A stretch of 64,000 bases of DNA, taken from positions 32,001 through 96,000 of the forward strand of contig CBDBKM010000010.1 in NCBI GenBank assembly GCA_965206695.1, written 5' to 3'. Source of the DNA: Chlamydiales bacterium (lineage in GTDB: Bacteria; Chlamydiota; Chlamydiia; Chlamydiales; JAAZZY01). Below the pieces are notes generated by a model. It was not told the DNA's origin. It did not search any database and saw only the letters and a program-made list of their open reading frames with translations. This document shows positions 1 through 9,623 of the stretch, piece after piece; the first letter of the stretch is position 1; the number at the start of each line of letters is the position of its first letter. Position numbers and translations under genes: made by a program.

Positions 1-266
1 TTCCATTTTTAGGGGATATTCCGGGATTAGGTAAATTATTTAGTTTTTCATCACAAGTTGATAAAACAACCGAGATGTTTGTCTTTATTACACCTAAAAT
101 TATATCCGATCCGATAACAGAATATGAGAAAATCAGGAAAGAAGAATTGAATAAGCGTCCCGGGGATATTCCTGAATTTCTGAAGAGTTTAAGCGAAGCT
201 TTTGAGTTACAGCAGTTTAAACAAATGAATCATGGTTTACAATCTCTTTTTGCGAACAGGAGTTGA
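1..266 (+). CDS. gspD: Type II secretion secretin GspD, C-terminal part (truncated by window start)
   Basis: Frame is open from base 3: PFLGDIPGLGKLFS...EMFVFITPKII is the secretin C-terminal signature; lies directly upstream of gspE. Confidence 0.9.
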   Translation, partial: PFLGDIPGLGKLFSFSSQVDKTTEMFVFITPKIISDPITEYEKIRKEELNKRPGDIPEFLKSLSEAFELQQFKQMNHGLQSLFANRS

Positions 267-273
267 ATAAACA

Positions 274-1914
274 ATGAATGATACTCCCACTTTAGCTAAC
301 ATAGGGGGAGGAAACTACCCTTTAGCTTTGAAATATTTAGATAAAGATCTATTGCAAGATATGAATGCTTTAGCGAAATATTTTGGAATAGCTGTTCTAA
401 ATGATTTAAATTCTTTTCTCTTCGTTAAAGAATTGGGCGTGAAAATGCCTTACCCTTTTGTAAAAAAACATTGTCTTATTCCACTAGTAGATAAAGATGG
501 AAAACTTATCATCGCCATATCACATCCCCTTAATTTGGATGCCATTGAAGAAGTACGGCAATTACTCGATCGATCGGTTGAGGTGATGTATTGTCCTAGT
601 GATATAATCATTACTGCTATTGATAAAAATTATCATCAAGAAGAAGGAGCTACTTCTCGATTGATACAGGATTTATCTCAAGCAGTAAAATCTAATACTT
701 CAGAAGACGTTGAGTCATTGGATCTACTAGATGATAGAGAAAAAACCCCTATTGTAAAGCTCTTAAATTTTCTTATTCAAGAAGCCGTATGTCAAGGTGC
801 TTCCGATATTCATTTTGAACCTTATGAGGATCGCTTACGTGTCCGTTACCGTATCGATGGAGTTTTACAAAATCGTCACGCTCCTCCTCCTGAATATCGC
901 CTTCCATTACTTACTCGCATCAAGGTGATGGCAAAATTAGATATAGCAGAACATCGATTACCTCAAGATGGCCGTATTAAATTAAAATTGGGCGGTAAAG
1001 AAATCGATTTTAGAATTAGTACTATTCCTATATCTGAATCAGAACGCATCGTTATGCGTATACTGGATAGAAAAAATATTACTTTAGGATTGAATACAAT
1101 AGGAATGGGTAAAAAACTCCTTTGCAATTTTAGGGATCTTATTCGTAGGCCTGAAGGAATTGTTTTGGTCACCGGCCCTACGGGGAGCGGAAAGACAACA
1201 ACTCTCTATAGCGCTATTTCAGAAATTTACAGTGAGTCTTTAAATATTATGACGATAGAAGATCCTGTAGAATATAAATTACCCGGTATTGCTCAAATGG
1301 GAGTGCATGCCAAAATCAACTTGGATTTTTCTCGTGGCTTAAGACATATTCTTAGGCAAGACCCTGATGTCATTATGATTGGTGAAATACGAGATTTAGA
1401 AACAGCAGAAATTGCGATCCAAGCGTCTTTAACCGGTCATCTTGTTGTAAGTACACTACATACTAATGATGCTCCCTCTGCTATTACCAGATTGGTAGAT
1501 ATGGGTATTGAGCCCTATTTACTTTCTTCTTCAGTCATAGGTGTATTAGCTCAGAGGCTGGTAAGAAAAATTTGCTTGCACTGTAAAGTTTCATATGAAC
1601 CTTCTTCTGAAGAATGTTCGGAAGTTCGTATATTAAAAGGTACTAAAGCGATAATGTTTGCTAAAGGTTTGGGATGCGAACATTGTTTTGGTACCGGTTA
1701 CAAGGATCGTCATGGCGTGTACGAACTTATGGTGATTAGCTCATCTTTAAAAAGGCAGATGATGAAAACTTTAGATCACACTAAACTTAAAAAACTGGCT
1801 TTAAAAGAAGGCATGTTCAGTTTACATACTCATGGTAGTGAATTAGTTTTAGCAGGTATTACAACAGTAACAGAACTTCTTAGAGTAACAAAAGAAACGG
1901 AAGAAGAAGGGTAA
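274..1914 (+). CDS. gspE: Type II secretion ATPase GspE
   Basis: Walker A GPTGSGKTT, TIEDPVEY, LRQDPDVIMIGEIRD, TGHLVVSTLHTN, CxxC zinc motifs. Confidence 0.97.
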   Translation: MNDTPTLANIGGGNYPLALKYLDKDLLQDMNALAKYFGIAVLNDLNSFLFVKELGVKMPYPFVKKHCLIPLVDKDGKLIIAISHPLNLDAIEEVRQLLDRSVEVMYCPSDIIITAIDKNYHQEEGATSRLIQDLSQAVKSNTSEDVESLDLLDDREKTPIVKLLNFLIQEAVCQGASDIHFEPYEDRLRVRYRIDGVLQNRHAPPPEYRLPLLTRIKVMAKLDIAEHRLPQDGRIKLKLGGKEIDFRISTIPISESERIVMRILDRKNITLGLNTIGMGKKLLCNFRDLIRRPEGIVLVTGPTGSGKTTTLYSAISEIYSESLNIMTIEDPVEYKLPGIAQMGVHAKINLDFSRGLRHILRQDPDVIMIGEIRDLETAEIAIQASLTGHLVVSTLHTNDAPSAITRLVDMGIEPYLLSSSVIGVLAQRLVRKICLHCKVSYEPSSEECSEVRILKGTKAIMFAKGLGCEHCFGTGYKDRHGVYELMVISSSLKRQMMKTLDHTKLKKLALKEGMFSLHTHGSELVLAGITTVTELLRVTKETEEEG

Positions 1915-1919
1915 TTTAT

Positions 1920-3104
1920 ATGCCGTTATATTATTACCGAGCTATAAACAAAAATTCAAAATCTCATAAAGGTTTTATAGATGCTCATTCTGAAGAAGAG
2001 GCGAGGGAAAAATTAAGAGCTTTTGGAGTAATGGTTACTGAGATTCGATCAAAAGCATATTTTGGTCTAAACCATAAGGTTTCAAAAGAAGCGGTACTAC
2101 TTTTTACGATTCAACTCTCTCAGCTCTTACATGCCGGCCTTCCTCTTTATGAGAGTTTACTGACATTAGAAGAACAACATCGAGGTGAAAAATTACAGCA
2201 TATCCTGTTGCGGATATGTGATAAAATTAAAGCCGGATCTTCATTATCGGAAGCCTTCAATTTATTTCCTGAAAGTTTTAATATGCTTTATCGTTCTATG
2301 ATTGCTGCAGGGGAACAAGCCGGGGCTCTAGAAGCTGTTTTAGATAAGCTGGCAGTACTTTATAGTCGGCAGTTAAAGATACGTAAACAGCTTATGGGTG
2401 CACTTTTGTATCCCATGATTTTAGGTGCTTTTTGCCTTTTGTTAATCATCTTACTTGTTACGTTTATTGTTCCATCTTTAGAAATGTTTTTTGAAGGGAG
2501 GCAATTAAAACCTTTTACGCAGGTCGTGTTGGTAATCAGTTACTTTCTTAGGCAATTTTGGTGGATTTATATGCCTATTTTGGTTGCTTTGATCGGGTTT
2601 TTAGCCATTAAATTGAGAACGAGAAAAGGAAAAGCCTTTATCGAAAGTCAATTGATACGCCTTCCCATCTTAGGACGGCTTATTATAGAGATATCAATTT
2701 CGCGTTTTGTTCACACTTTGGGCACGCTCTTAGATGGTGGAGTTAATTTAGTAGAAGGTTTAGAATTATCCAAAGGAACGATATTGAGTACGGCTTTAGA
2801 GGAGGTGGTTTCAAGGGCTAGGGAAAAGATTATGCAAGGAAGTTCTTTAAGTGTTGAATTGGCAAAATCTGTTTTGCTTCCACCGATAGTTATTCGAATG
2901 CTTTCTATAGGTGAAGAAAGTGGTAGTATGTCACATACATTGGAAAAATTATCTGATATTTACGAGTCAAAAGTAGAAAAAACTTTAACTAGGCTTACCA
3001 CATTAGCTTCACCCATTATGTTACTAATTATGGGTATAGTAATTGGCTCGATTATGTTAGCTGTCCTATTACCCCTTACAGATGTAAGTTCATTTACAGA
3101 TTAA
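1920..3104 (+). CDS. gspF: Type II secretion inner-membrane platform protein GspF
   Basis: Two GspF/PilC repeats (AGEQAG, IGEESG), three TM segments, follows gspE. Confidence 0.95.
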   Translation: MPLYYYRAINKNSKSHKGFIDAHSEEEAREKLRAFGVMVTEIRSKAYFGLNHKVSKEAVLLFTIQLSQLLHAGLPLYESLLTLEEQHRGEKLQHILLRICDKIKAGSSLSEAFNLFPESFNMLYRSMIAAGEQAGALEAVLDKLAVLYSRQLKIRKQLMGALLYPMILGAFCLLLIILLVTFIVPSLEMFFEGRQLKPFTQVVLVISYFLRQFWWIYMPILVALIGFLAIKLRTRKGKAFIESQLIRLPILGRLIIEISISRFVHTLGTLLDGGVNLVEGLELSKGTILSTALEEVVSRAREKIMQGSSLSVELAKSVLLPPIVIRMLSIGEESGSMSHTLEKLSDIYESKVEKTLTRLTTLASPIMLLIMGIVIGSIMLAVLLPLTDVSSFTD

Positions 3105-3122
3105 ATATGGAGATTCCTAAGT

Positions 3123-3500
3123 ATGAAAATGAAAAAGAGATATGCTATTACTCTTATTGAAATCATGATTGTTATTGTCTTAATTGGAATTATCAGTAGT
3201 GCATTAGCTTTTAATTTCAAAGGGATGCTTGATAAAGGTAAATACGAAAAGACGAGATATCAAAAAGAAAAAATAGAAGAGATACTATATTTAGAACTCT
3301 TAAGTGGAAATTACTCAGCTAAAGAAGTAGAACAACATTGGAGGGAAATTGTTAAAAGAAGTCCTCTTATAAAAATAGAGAAAAATAAAGATGTTTTGGA
3401 TGGTTGGGGTAAAGAATATATGGTTCAAATTTCTGATGATGGTGAAATAGAAGTTTCTTCTTCCGGCTGGGATAGTCATGAAGAAAAACATGGAATCTGA
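3123..3500 (+). CDS. gspG: Major pseudopilin GspG-like
   Basis: Basic leader plus A-ITLIEIMIVIVLIGII pilin helix; DGWGKEY motif resembling GspG DPWG. Confidence 0.8.
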   Translation: MKMKKRYAITLIEIMIVIVLIGIISSALAFNFKGMLDKGKYEKTRYQKEKIEEILYLELLSGNYSAKEVEQHWREIVKRSPLIKIEKNKDVLDGWGKEYMVQISDDGEIEVSSSGWDSHEEKHGI

Positions 3501-4063
3501 TGATCAAATTTAAATATCATGCATTTTCGCTTATAGAGATTCTTTTATGCATGACAATTCTGGCGCTTTTAGCAGGGACGTTTGTTATAAATGGCATGCA
3601 ATGGGTGAAAGAAAGGCGGTTTCAATCGGATTTAGATCACCTTAGCGAACGCATACAACTTGCTTATGATCTCGTTTTAAATTATGATACAGATGTTTTA
3701 TTAACCTTTGAGACAAATGAGAAAGGTCTGGAGTTAAGTGTTAATCCTGATATTGATTTGGCTCCTTCTCTCAAGCCTTTTATTGTTAAAAAAGAATGTT
3801 TTAGTAGCTTGAGAAAAGTTACTTTTGATTCAAAAAATGCTAAAAAAGCGTATTTGTATATTTCATTTTTTGGAACGGATGAAAATCCATTGAGACTTTA
3901 TTTTTATCCAAAGAATAACTCGTTCGATCCCATTTGCTTATGTCTTAATAGCTTTCCGCATTTAATCCAAAGATATTTAAAGGAAATTAATACTCTTGAA
4001 AAAGCTCCTTATCCCGATGAAGTATTGCAGAAAAAGAAGACCCTATCTACTGTTGGAATTTAG
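3500..4063 (+). CDS. Minor pseudopilin (GspH-like)
   Basis: A-FSLIEILLCMTIL prepilin-like N-terminus; start overlaps gspG stop. Confidence 0.75.
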   Translation: MIKFKYHAFSLIEILLCMTILALLAGTFVINGMQWVKERRFQSDLDHLSERIQLAYDLVLNYDTDVLLTFETNEKGLELSVNPDIDLAPSLKPFIVKKECFSSLRKVTFDSKNAKKAYLYISFFGTDENPLRLYFYPKNNSFDPICLCLNSFPHLIQRYLKEINTLEKAPYPDEVLQKKKTLSTVGI

Positions 4064-4463
4064 TATTGCCTTTATTTTGTTGGCAATGACGCTGTCATTG
4101 ATTTTAAAACCTCATCTTTATCTTTTAATTTTTCAATGTCAAACGGCTCAAAAGGAGGCTCTTTCTGAATCGGCAAGGAACTATTTTTTTAAATCTGTTT
4201 ACCTCAATGCGGAGGAGATATTAAAAAAATTAAAGACCGGAGAAGGTCTTACCCTTCCTCAGATAGAAGAGATGTTTCAGTTAGATACAGTCTTAAAACA
4301 ATCAAAGACAGTTCATTATTTTATTCATTCGCATATCCATCTGGAAAAAAAAGAAGAGGATCAAACAGAGACAATGATGGTTCGAATAGAGGTGGAACCA
4401 AACAATAAAGTTAAGCAAAAACCCTTGTATTATTTCTATCAGATTCATATTGAAGAATCGTAG
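4017..4463 (+). CDS. Minor pseudopilin-like protein (GspI position)
   Basis: ATG at 4017 gives KRRP-YLLLEFSIAFILL, a degenerate prepilin leader with Glu at +5; operon position. Confidence 0.6.
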   Translation: MKYCRKRRPYLLLEFSIAFILLAMTLSLILKPHLYLLIFQCQTAQKEALSESARNYFFKSVYLNAEEILKKLKTGEGLTLPQIEEMFQLDTVLKQSKTVHYFIHSHIHLEKKEEDQTETMMVRIEVEPNNKVKQKPLYYFYQIHIEES

Positions 4464-5039
4464 TAGTTCTTTATTTTTAGGTAGCGTTCGTATAATCAAA
4501 GATTATCGGATTTGATGCCGGAAGCAGGCACGTTTTAAACTCTGATTAGTGCAAATAAAAAACATCTGCAGGAGACTAATGATTGGATGTGAGATAAGCG
4601 AAATATAAGAAAAGAGAGATTTAAAATAAATATTTGATAGATAATAGTACACCCTCTCCCGGTTCATCACAATCCTTCTTAAGGCTTTGGTCAAATGAAA
4701 GCACAAAGCTTTCATATAAAGTTGTCCTTCGACCTTCAATCGAGAAAAATGAGAAGCTCTACCCATACAAAATTTTCTTTTTAAAATACCGAAAACCTAA
4801 TCTATACTCTTCGCTACTAAAAGGTACACAAAACAGTATAAATATGATATTAGTATTACATGAACCAAGTAACTCCACATCAAAGAAGCACTTTTGAATT
4901 TCAGGTGAAAAAACTGTGATACAAATGAACGTAAGCGTTTGTATGTGCTTCTTGCACAAGATGACGGCCCGTGTGACCTCATTGCTCATGTTCTGTGCTT
5001 AAGCCGATCGAGTGTTTATGAATGTTTGAGGGGATTGCA

Positions 5040-5708
5040 ATCAGAAGGAAACACTCGGCATTCTACCGGACGAGCAGCCTATTCAACTTAAGCAACGTAA
5101 TCATTCTATTGGAATGAATGTGGGCTCGGCAAGTTTTATAACAACATCCAACAGTAAAAAGAAATTTTAAAAAAATCAAAAACGTTTAAGTAAATTTAAA
5201 TCTACCGGTAAAAACAGGAACAAAAGAAGAATCAAAGTCGCCAAAATTCATTCTAAAAATATAAGACATGACTTTTATCATAAACTTTCTATACAATTGA
5301 CTCGTGAAAACCAAGCAATCATAATTGAAAGTTTAGATATTACAAGTATGTTAATCAATAAAAGATATGCGAAAGGTATATCAGATGCAGGATGGCGTTA
5401 GTTGTTAACATTTTTAAACTATACATATGATTGCTACGGAAGAAACATAGTCGAACTACCTCAGAATTTCCCCGGTACACAACGATGCTCCATATGTCAT
5501 CACAATATAGGAAAATTAGATTGCGATATAAGATCTTGGAAATGTCCCAAATGCAATACTGTGCATGACAGAGATTTTAACGCAGCCTATAGCATATATA
5601 CCGAAGGGCAGTCGGTAATTTAAGCCTTTGGAGATCGTGTTAGACAAGTATTTGCCGGCAGTGATCGTTGATAAGGAATCCCTTCCCTTTAGTGTTGGGA
5701 GCTGTCAA
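5040..5708 (+). mobile_element. IS200/IS605-family remnant with recognisable right end; left boundary uncertain
   Basis: GGAATCCCTTCCCTTTAGTGTTGGGAGCTGTCAA: subterminal hairpin ending in TCAA at 5708, downstream of the tnpB remnant. Confidence 0.75.
5060..5623 (+). pseudogene. tnpB: Decayed TnpB (IS200/IS605-family RNA-guided nuclease); start approximate
   Basis: Fragments SIGMNVG (RuvC-I, D>N), KVAKIHSK..HDFYHKLS, IIIESL (RuvC-II), GISDAGWR*, CSIC/CPKC zinc finger, DRDFNAA (RuvC-III); a frameshift near 5160, TAG at 5399-5401, N-terminus missing. Confidence 0.9.
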
Positions 5709-5764
5709 ACGGCAAAATCTAATAATAACGAGATCATTTTTCGGATGAATCTTATGGTAAAATA

Positions 5765-6772
5765 ATGAAAAAAAGTAATCGATTATCTCAACTACTTATG
5801 AAATGTTATCACAAATATATTTGCGCCTCGCTTTACCGGACTTTAAAAGCTAAGCAAAATAAAATCTGTGATTTAGAAAATAAACTCTCTCAAATACAAA
5901 ATGAAAGAAAAAATTTTCTAAATGAAGATATGCCATTAACTGAACTCAAACATCTAATCAATCAACCCATTAATCTTCTGATATTAGGATCGATAGATGA
6001 TAAGTATAAAATCCCCGGTAATATTAGAGAGATGTTCAATGTATTTTCTTTAGATGCTATGTCTCCCAGTGAAGATAATAAGGTCACATCGATCAGTCAA
6101 ATCATAACTCCAAGACCTAAAAAGGTGCTATTTATTGAAAGAAAATTTACAGCGACATCTTCAACCTTATTGCCTTTTGAAGAATTAATAAAAGCGTATA
6201 ACCTAACATCATTTTATGAAGTTGCGAATCTCTTAGAGCAAGAAAGCACTTCTATAAATGAGATTAGTAAAAAACATCAGATTGCTAACTGGCACTATAT
6301 AAAGACCGATTTAGAAGGTTTAGATTTATCTGTTATCCAATCTATGGGGGAAGGGATAAAAAAGACTCTGCTCCTTCAAATGGAATGTCGTTTTCAACCC
6401 TTTTTCAAAAAAGAGCCATACTTTCATGAAGTAGTAGCTTACATGTTAAGTAAGGGCTTTGAACTACTTGATCTCATAACTGAAAGATGGCGTTATCACA
6501 CTCCCAATAAAGCATATGATAACTTAGGAAGAGCTGTTTTTTGTGATACTATATTTGTCAATACAGACCCTTCCATTTATGCTTCTTCTCAAGTTTTAAT
6601 TCAGGCCATGCTCTTAGGTTTATTAGGCTATGTAAATTATGCCGAATATATCTTGTCGATTGATACGAATCATGAAAAAGCCAAAAACGAATTATTAAAA
6701 TTCTTTTTTTCTAAAGCGGATAAAAAACATATGCCGCAATCACGGATGCCTCACGTAGTGCGGATTTCTTAA
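5765..6772 (+). CDS. FkbM-family methyltransferase-like protein with N-terminal coiled coil
   Basis: YIKTDLEGLDLSVIQS...QMECRFQPFFKKEPYFHEVVAYMLSKGFELLDL matches the FkbM C-terminal pattern. Confidence 0.7.
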   Translation: MKKSNRLSQLLMKCYHKYICASLYRTLKAKQNKICDLENKLSQIQNERKNFLNEDMPLTELKHLINQPINLLILGSIDDKYKIPGNIREMFNVFSLDAMSPSEDNKVTSISQIITPRPKKVLFIERKFTATSSTLLPFEELIKAYNLTSFYEVANLLEQESTSINEISKKHQIANWHYIKTDLEGLDLSVIQSMGEGIKKTLLLQMECRFQPFFKKEPYFHEVVAYMLSKGFELLDLITERWRYHTPNKAYDNLGRAVFCDTIFVNTDPSIYASSQVLIQAMLLGLLGYVNYAEYILSIDTNHEKAKNELLKFFFSKADKKHMPQSRMPHVVRIS

Positions 6773-6801
6773 ACGACCCTTTTACTCGTGAGGTTATAGA
6801 C

Positions 6802-7395
6802 ATGCTCTTAAGGCAAAGAAGATATCTCAGTCTAATGGAAGTATTAGTGGCATTAACGCTTTTTTCCATTATCTTAACTTTTCTCTTAGGGACCTATCTT
6901 TCTTTCAATCATTTAAACCGTTCTCAAGAGATTCTTCATGAGAAAGCTATTCAAAATAGGTATATGAAAACAAGACTTCAACGTATGTTTTCTTCTCTGA
7001 TGCCCAATGATGAATCAGCTGCTTTTTTGACTCTTCATTATAATAATTCTCCTTCTTTAGTATTTACCTACCATAATGGAGTGAATATCAATCCTAGGGC
7101 TTGTAATATGGTCTTAGCCGGGTTGTTTGTCCAAAGGGAGAATGAGAAAAAACATCTGTGTTTAGCTGTATGGGAAAAGCCGGAAGATTTAAAGAGGTCG
7201 CCGATCCTTCGCCAAGAAGTTTTGATGAAAGATATTGAAAAACTTCATTTCACTTTTATTGATGAAGAAAATGAACGCTCAACATGGAGTGATAAGAGTC
7301 GTATCCCTACTCTCATAGCGATTCATGTAGACAAGCAAAAAAAAAGGCAAGATTTTCTTTTTAATACTAACACCTATGATCTCGAAGATAAATAA
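6802..7395 (+). CDS. Minor pseudopilin (GspJ-like)
   Basis: RQRRY-LSLMEVLVALTLF prepilin-like N-terminus; GAGG RBS upstream. Confidence 0.75.
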   Translation: MLLRQRRYLSLMEVLVALTLFSIILTFLLGTYLSFNHLNRSQEILHEKAIQNRYMKTRLQRMFSSLMPNDESAAFLTLHYNNSPSLVFTYHNGVNINPRACNMVLAGLFVQRENEKKHLCLAVWEKPEDLKRSPILRQEVLMKDIEKLHFTFIDEENERSTWSDKSRIPTLIAIHVDKQKKRQDFLFNTNTYDLEDK

Positions 7396-8289
7396 ATGAG
7401 TATATTACCTTTCACTTTAATCTTTATCATTATTCTGACAATGTTTTCTTCTTTAGCATTGAAAAAAACACTTTTTTATACTGTCTCTAATAAATTATAT
7501 CATCCGGATAAACAAAATGAATTTGTTTTAACGAAAAAGAAAGAGGCTTCTACAGATAATCTTAAGCCTTTAACAGGACCTCCGATTTCGGATACACTTG
7601 TACGCAAAAAGGATACTAAGAAAAATCGTATCACGTCTAAAAGAAGTTATTCCTATCATAAAAGTTATGCGAAATTGGATCTTCATGCGCTTTTGCGGGC
7701 GAATGACCCTAGACAAGATGTAACAAGGGTATTTGAGAACCTGATACGAATTTTATATTCACAAACAGATTTTTATTACGAAGGGATGGAATACGATATT
7801 ATCACACACTTATCGAAAAAATGTTGTGTCACAACTTTGAAAACAGATAAAAAATATACTCCAACCGGTTTACTTATTTTACAGAATATAGATTCTTTAT
7901 CAGAAATTGATTTTAGAGATAAATCTTTTCAATACTGCTGGTATAAAATGCTGAAAGGCTCAGGTAATACCGGAGGGTATCCTTCTCTTTTGGATTTTGT
8001 AACACTTACCCAAAAGCAGTATAATGGCTACCGTATTAATATGAACTCCGCTTCTCAACCTTTATTGGAAGCGATATTCAATCATCCGGCTTTAGCTCAA
8101 GCTATTATTGACAAACGACAAGAATTAAAAAATGAAATTTTCAATAAAGCAAACGAGCTGAAAAAGGTACAAGATAAAGAGTTTATAGATAAGTTTCAGC
8201 AAGCTATTCGCTATGATCTATTACCCGCCTATCGATACAAATATGATGATTTTCAAAACATTATCGCTATCACTAATGAAGATAAATAA
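7396..8289 (+). CDS. GspK-like T2SS protein (putative)
   Basis: N-terminal TM helix, RINMNSAS motif similar to GspK, abuts the gspJ-like gene. Confidence 0.5.
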   Translation: MSILPFTLIFIIILTMFSSLALKKTLFYTVSNKLYHPDKQNEFVLTKKKEASTDNLKPLTGPPISDTLVRKKDTKKNRITSKRSYSYHKSYAKLDLHALLRANDPRQDVTRVFENLIRILYSQTDFYYEGMEYDIITHLSKKCCVTTLKTDKKYTPTGLLILQNIDSLSEIDFRDKSFQYCWYKMLKGSGNTGGYPSLLDFVTLTQKQYNGYRINMNSASQPLLEAIFNHPALAQAIIDKRQELKNEIFNKANELKKVQDKEFIDKFQQAIRYDLLPAYRYKYDDFQNIIAITNEDK

Positions 8290-8615
8290 TCTATCAAGAT
8301 CAACTCGCATAAATACCTTATTATAAATTAATTATGGACTTGCTTGGTTTCGGTCTAAGTAATTTTTAGGCTTGAGAGGTCTAAAGAACAAAATAAGGCT
8401 TTAGTTAAGCTAACTGATTGCCGCCAATGATTCTTGGCGCTTATGCGATGCTTTGCATCCGTAATAAAAAAACCGCTTATTATAAAACTTATCAAAATAA
8501 ATGAAAAATACGTTTAGACAATCAGTGAGTTTTAAAAAATATTATCAAGTCAGTTATGCAGAGGTCTTTTTGCGAAGCATGGAATGCTTTTGTTGAGTAA
8601 CACAACTCTGCTCTA

Positions 8616-9549
8616 TAGTATTTTAATTTTTATTTGATAATATGTTATCCTTCTTTTTTTATACAAACAGTAAGGACAAAACAATGCCTAGAGCCTATTC
8701 AGTAGATCTTCGAGAGAAAGTATTACAACATATAGAAAAACATCATGATAAAAAAACAGCCGGCCATATTTTTCAAGTAGGTATCGCAACAATATATCGA
8801 TGGATCTTGCAAAAAAAGCAAAAAGGACATTTAAAGCCAATCCGCAGAAAATATGCTTATAAGAAATTAGATGATGAGTTGTTATCTAAATATGTAGAAA
8901 AACATCCGGATTATTTTTTATCGGAAATTGCTGATTATTTTTCAGTCACTCCGCAAACGATTTTTTATGCCCTTAAAAGATTAAAAATTACACGAAAAAA
9001 AAACTACTCGCTATAAGGAAAGAGATGAAAAGAAACGGGAAGCTTTTATGAAAGATTTAAAAAACATTCCCTTTGACAAGAGAATTTATCTCGATGAAAC
9101 CGGGATTCATCAATTTTTATTTCGTGAGTCCGGAAGAAGCTTACGCGGCAAAAAAGTTTTTGGAGCGGTTTCAGGAAACCGCTTTATAAGGCAAAATATT
9201 ATTTCAGCCCTATCTAAAGGGCAGTTTTTATCTCCAATGTGTTTTGAAGGTACTTGTAATACCGGGTTATTCAATATTTGGCTTAAGGAAGTTTTGACTC
9301 CTCAGCTTACACCCGGTAGTGTTCTTATTCTTGACAATGCCGGTTTTCACAAGTCAGCGGAAAGCAGGAAAACAGTAGAATCTGCCGGTTGTAAGCTTAT
9401 GTTTCTTCCTCCCTATTCTCCGGACTTAAATCCTATAGAAAAATATTGGGCTAATATGAAAAATAAAGTTAGAGAGATATTACGAAAAGTTACGAATTTT
9501 ACATTCGCCATTGATCAAGCAATCTTATCAATATAAAATTAAATGACTA
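8616..9549 (+). mobile_element. IS630-family element A, copy 1 (934 bp)
   Basis: TIRs TAGTATTTTAATTTT / AAAATTAAATGACTA; TA duplication at 8614-8615 and 9550-9551 (reconstituted target CTAG). Confidence 0.95.
8684..9536 (+). CDS. IS630 transposase in two frames (orfA HTH, orfB DDE) joined at an A9 run
   Basis: MPRAYSVDLREK HTH; YLDETG, ILDNAGFHK, PYSPDLNPIE DDE motifs; A-run at 8995-9003. Confidence 0.9.
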
Positions 9550-9623
9550 TAGATCTTGGGCTAATTTATGAAATTAATTTTTAGAAATGGTGTCGGATAG
9601 TTCTTCTTCCTATATCGAGTCAT

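Noticed and set aside
4302..4989. Several overlapping 61-87 aa ORFs on both strands
   Set aside because: No recognisable motifs or RBS and mutually overlapping; likely chance or decayed DNA
5402..5623. Stand-alone 73-aa zinc-ribbon protein or active TnpB/Cas12-like nuclease
   Set aside because: It is the tail of a tnpB pseudogene with a frameshift, a stop codon and a mutated RuvC-I Asp
8330..8570. Possible IS end remnant (GTTATGCAGAGGTCT)
   Set aside because: No matching opposite end or transposase trace found
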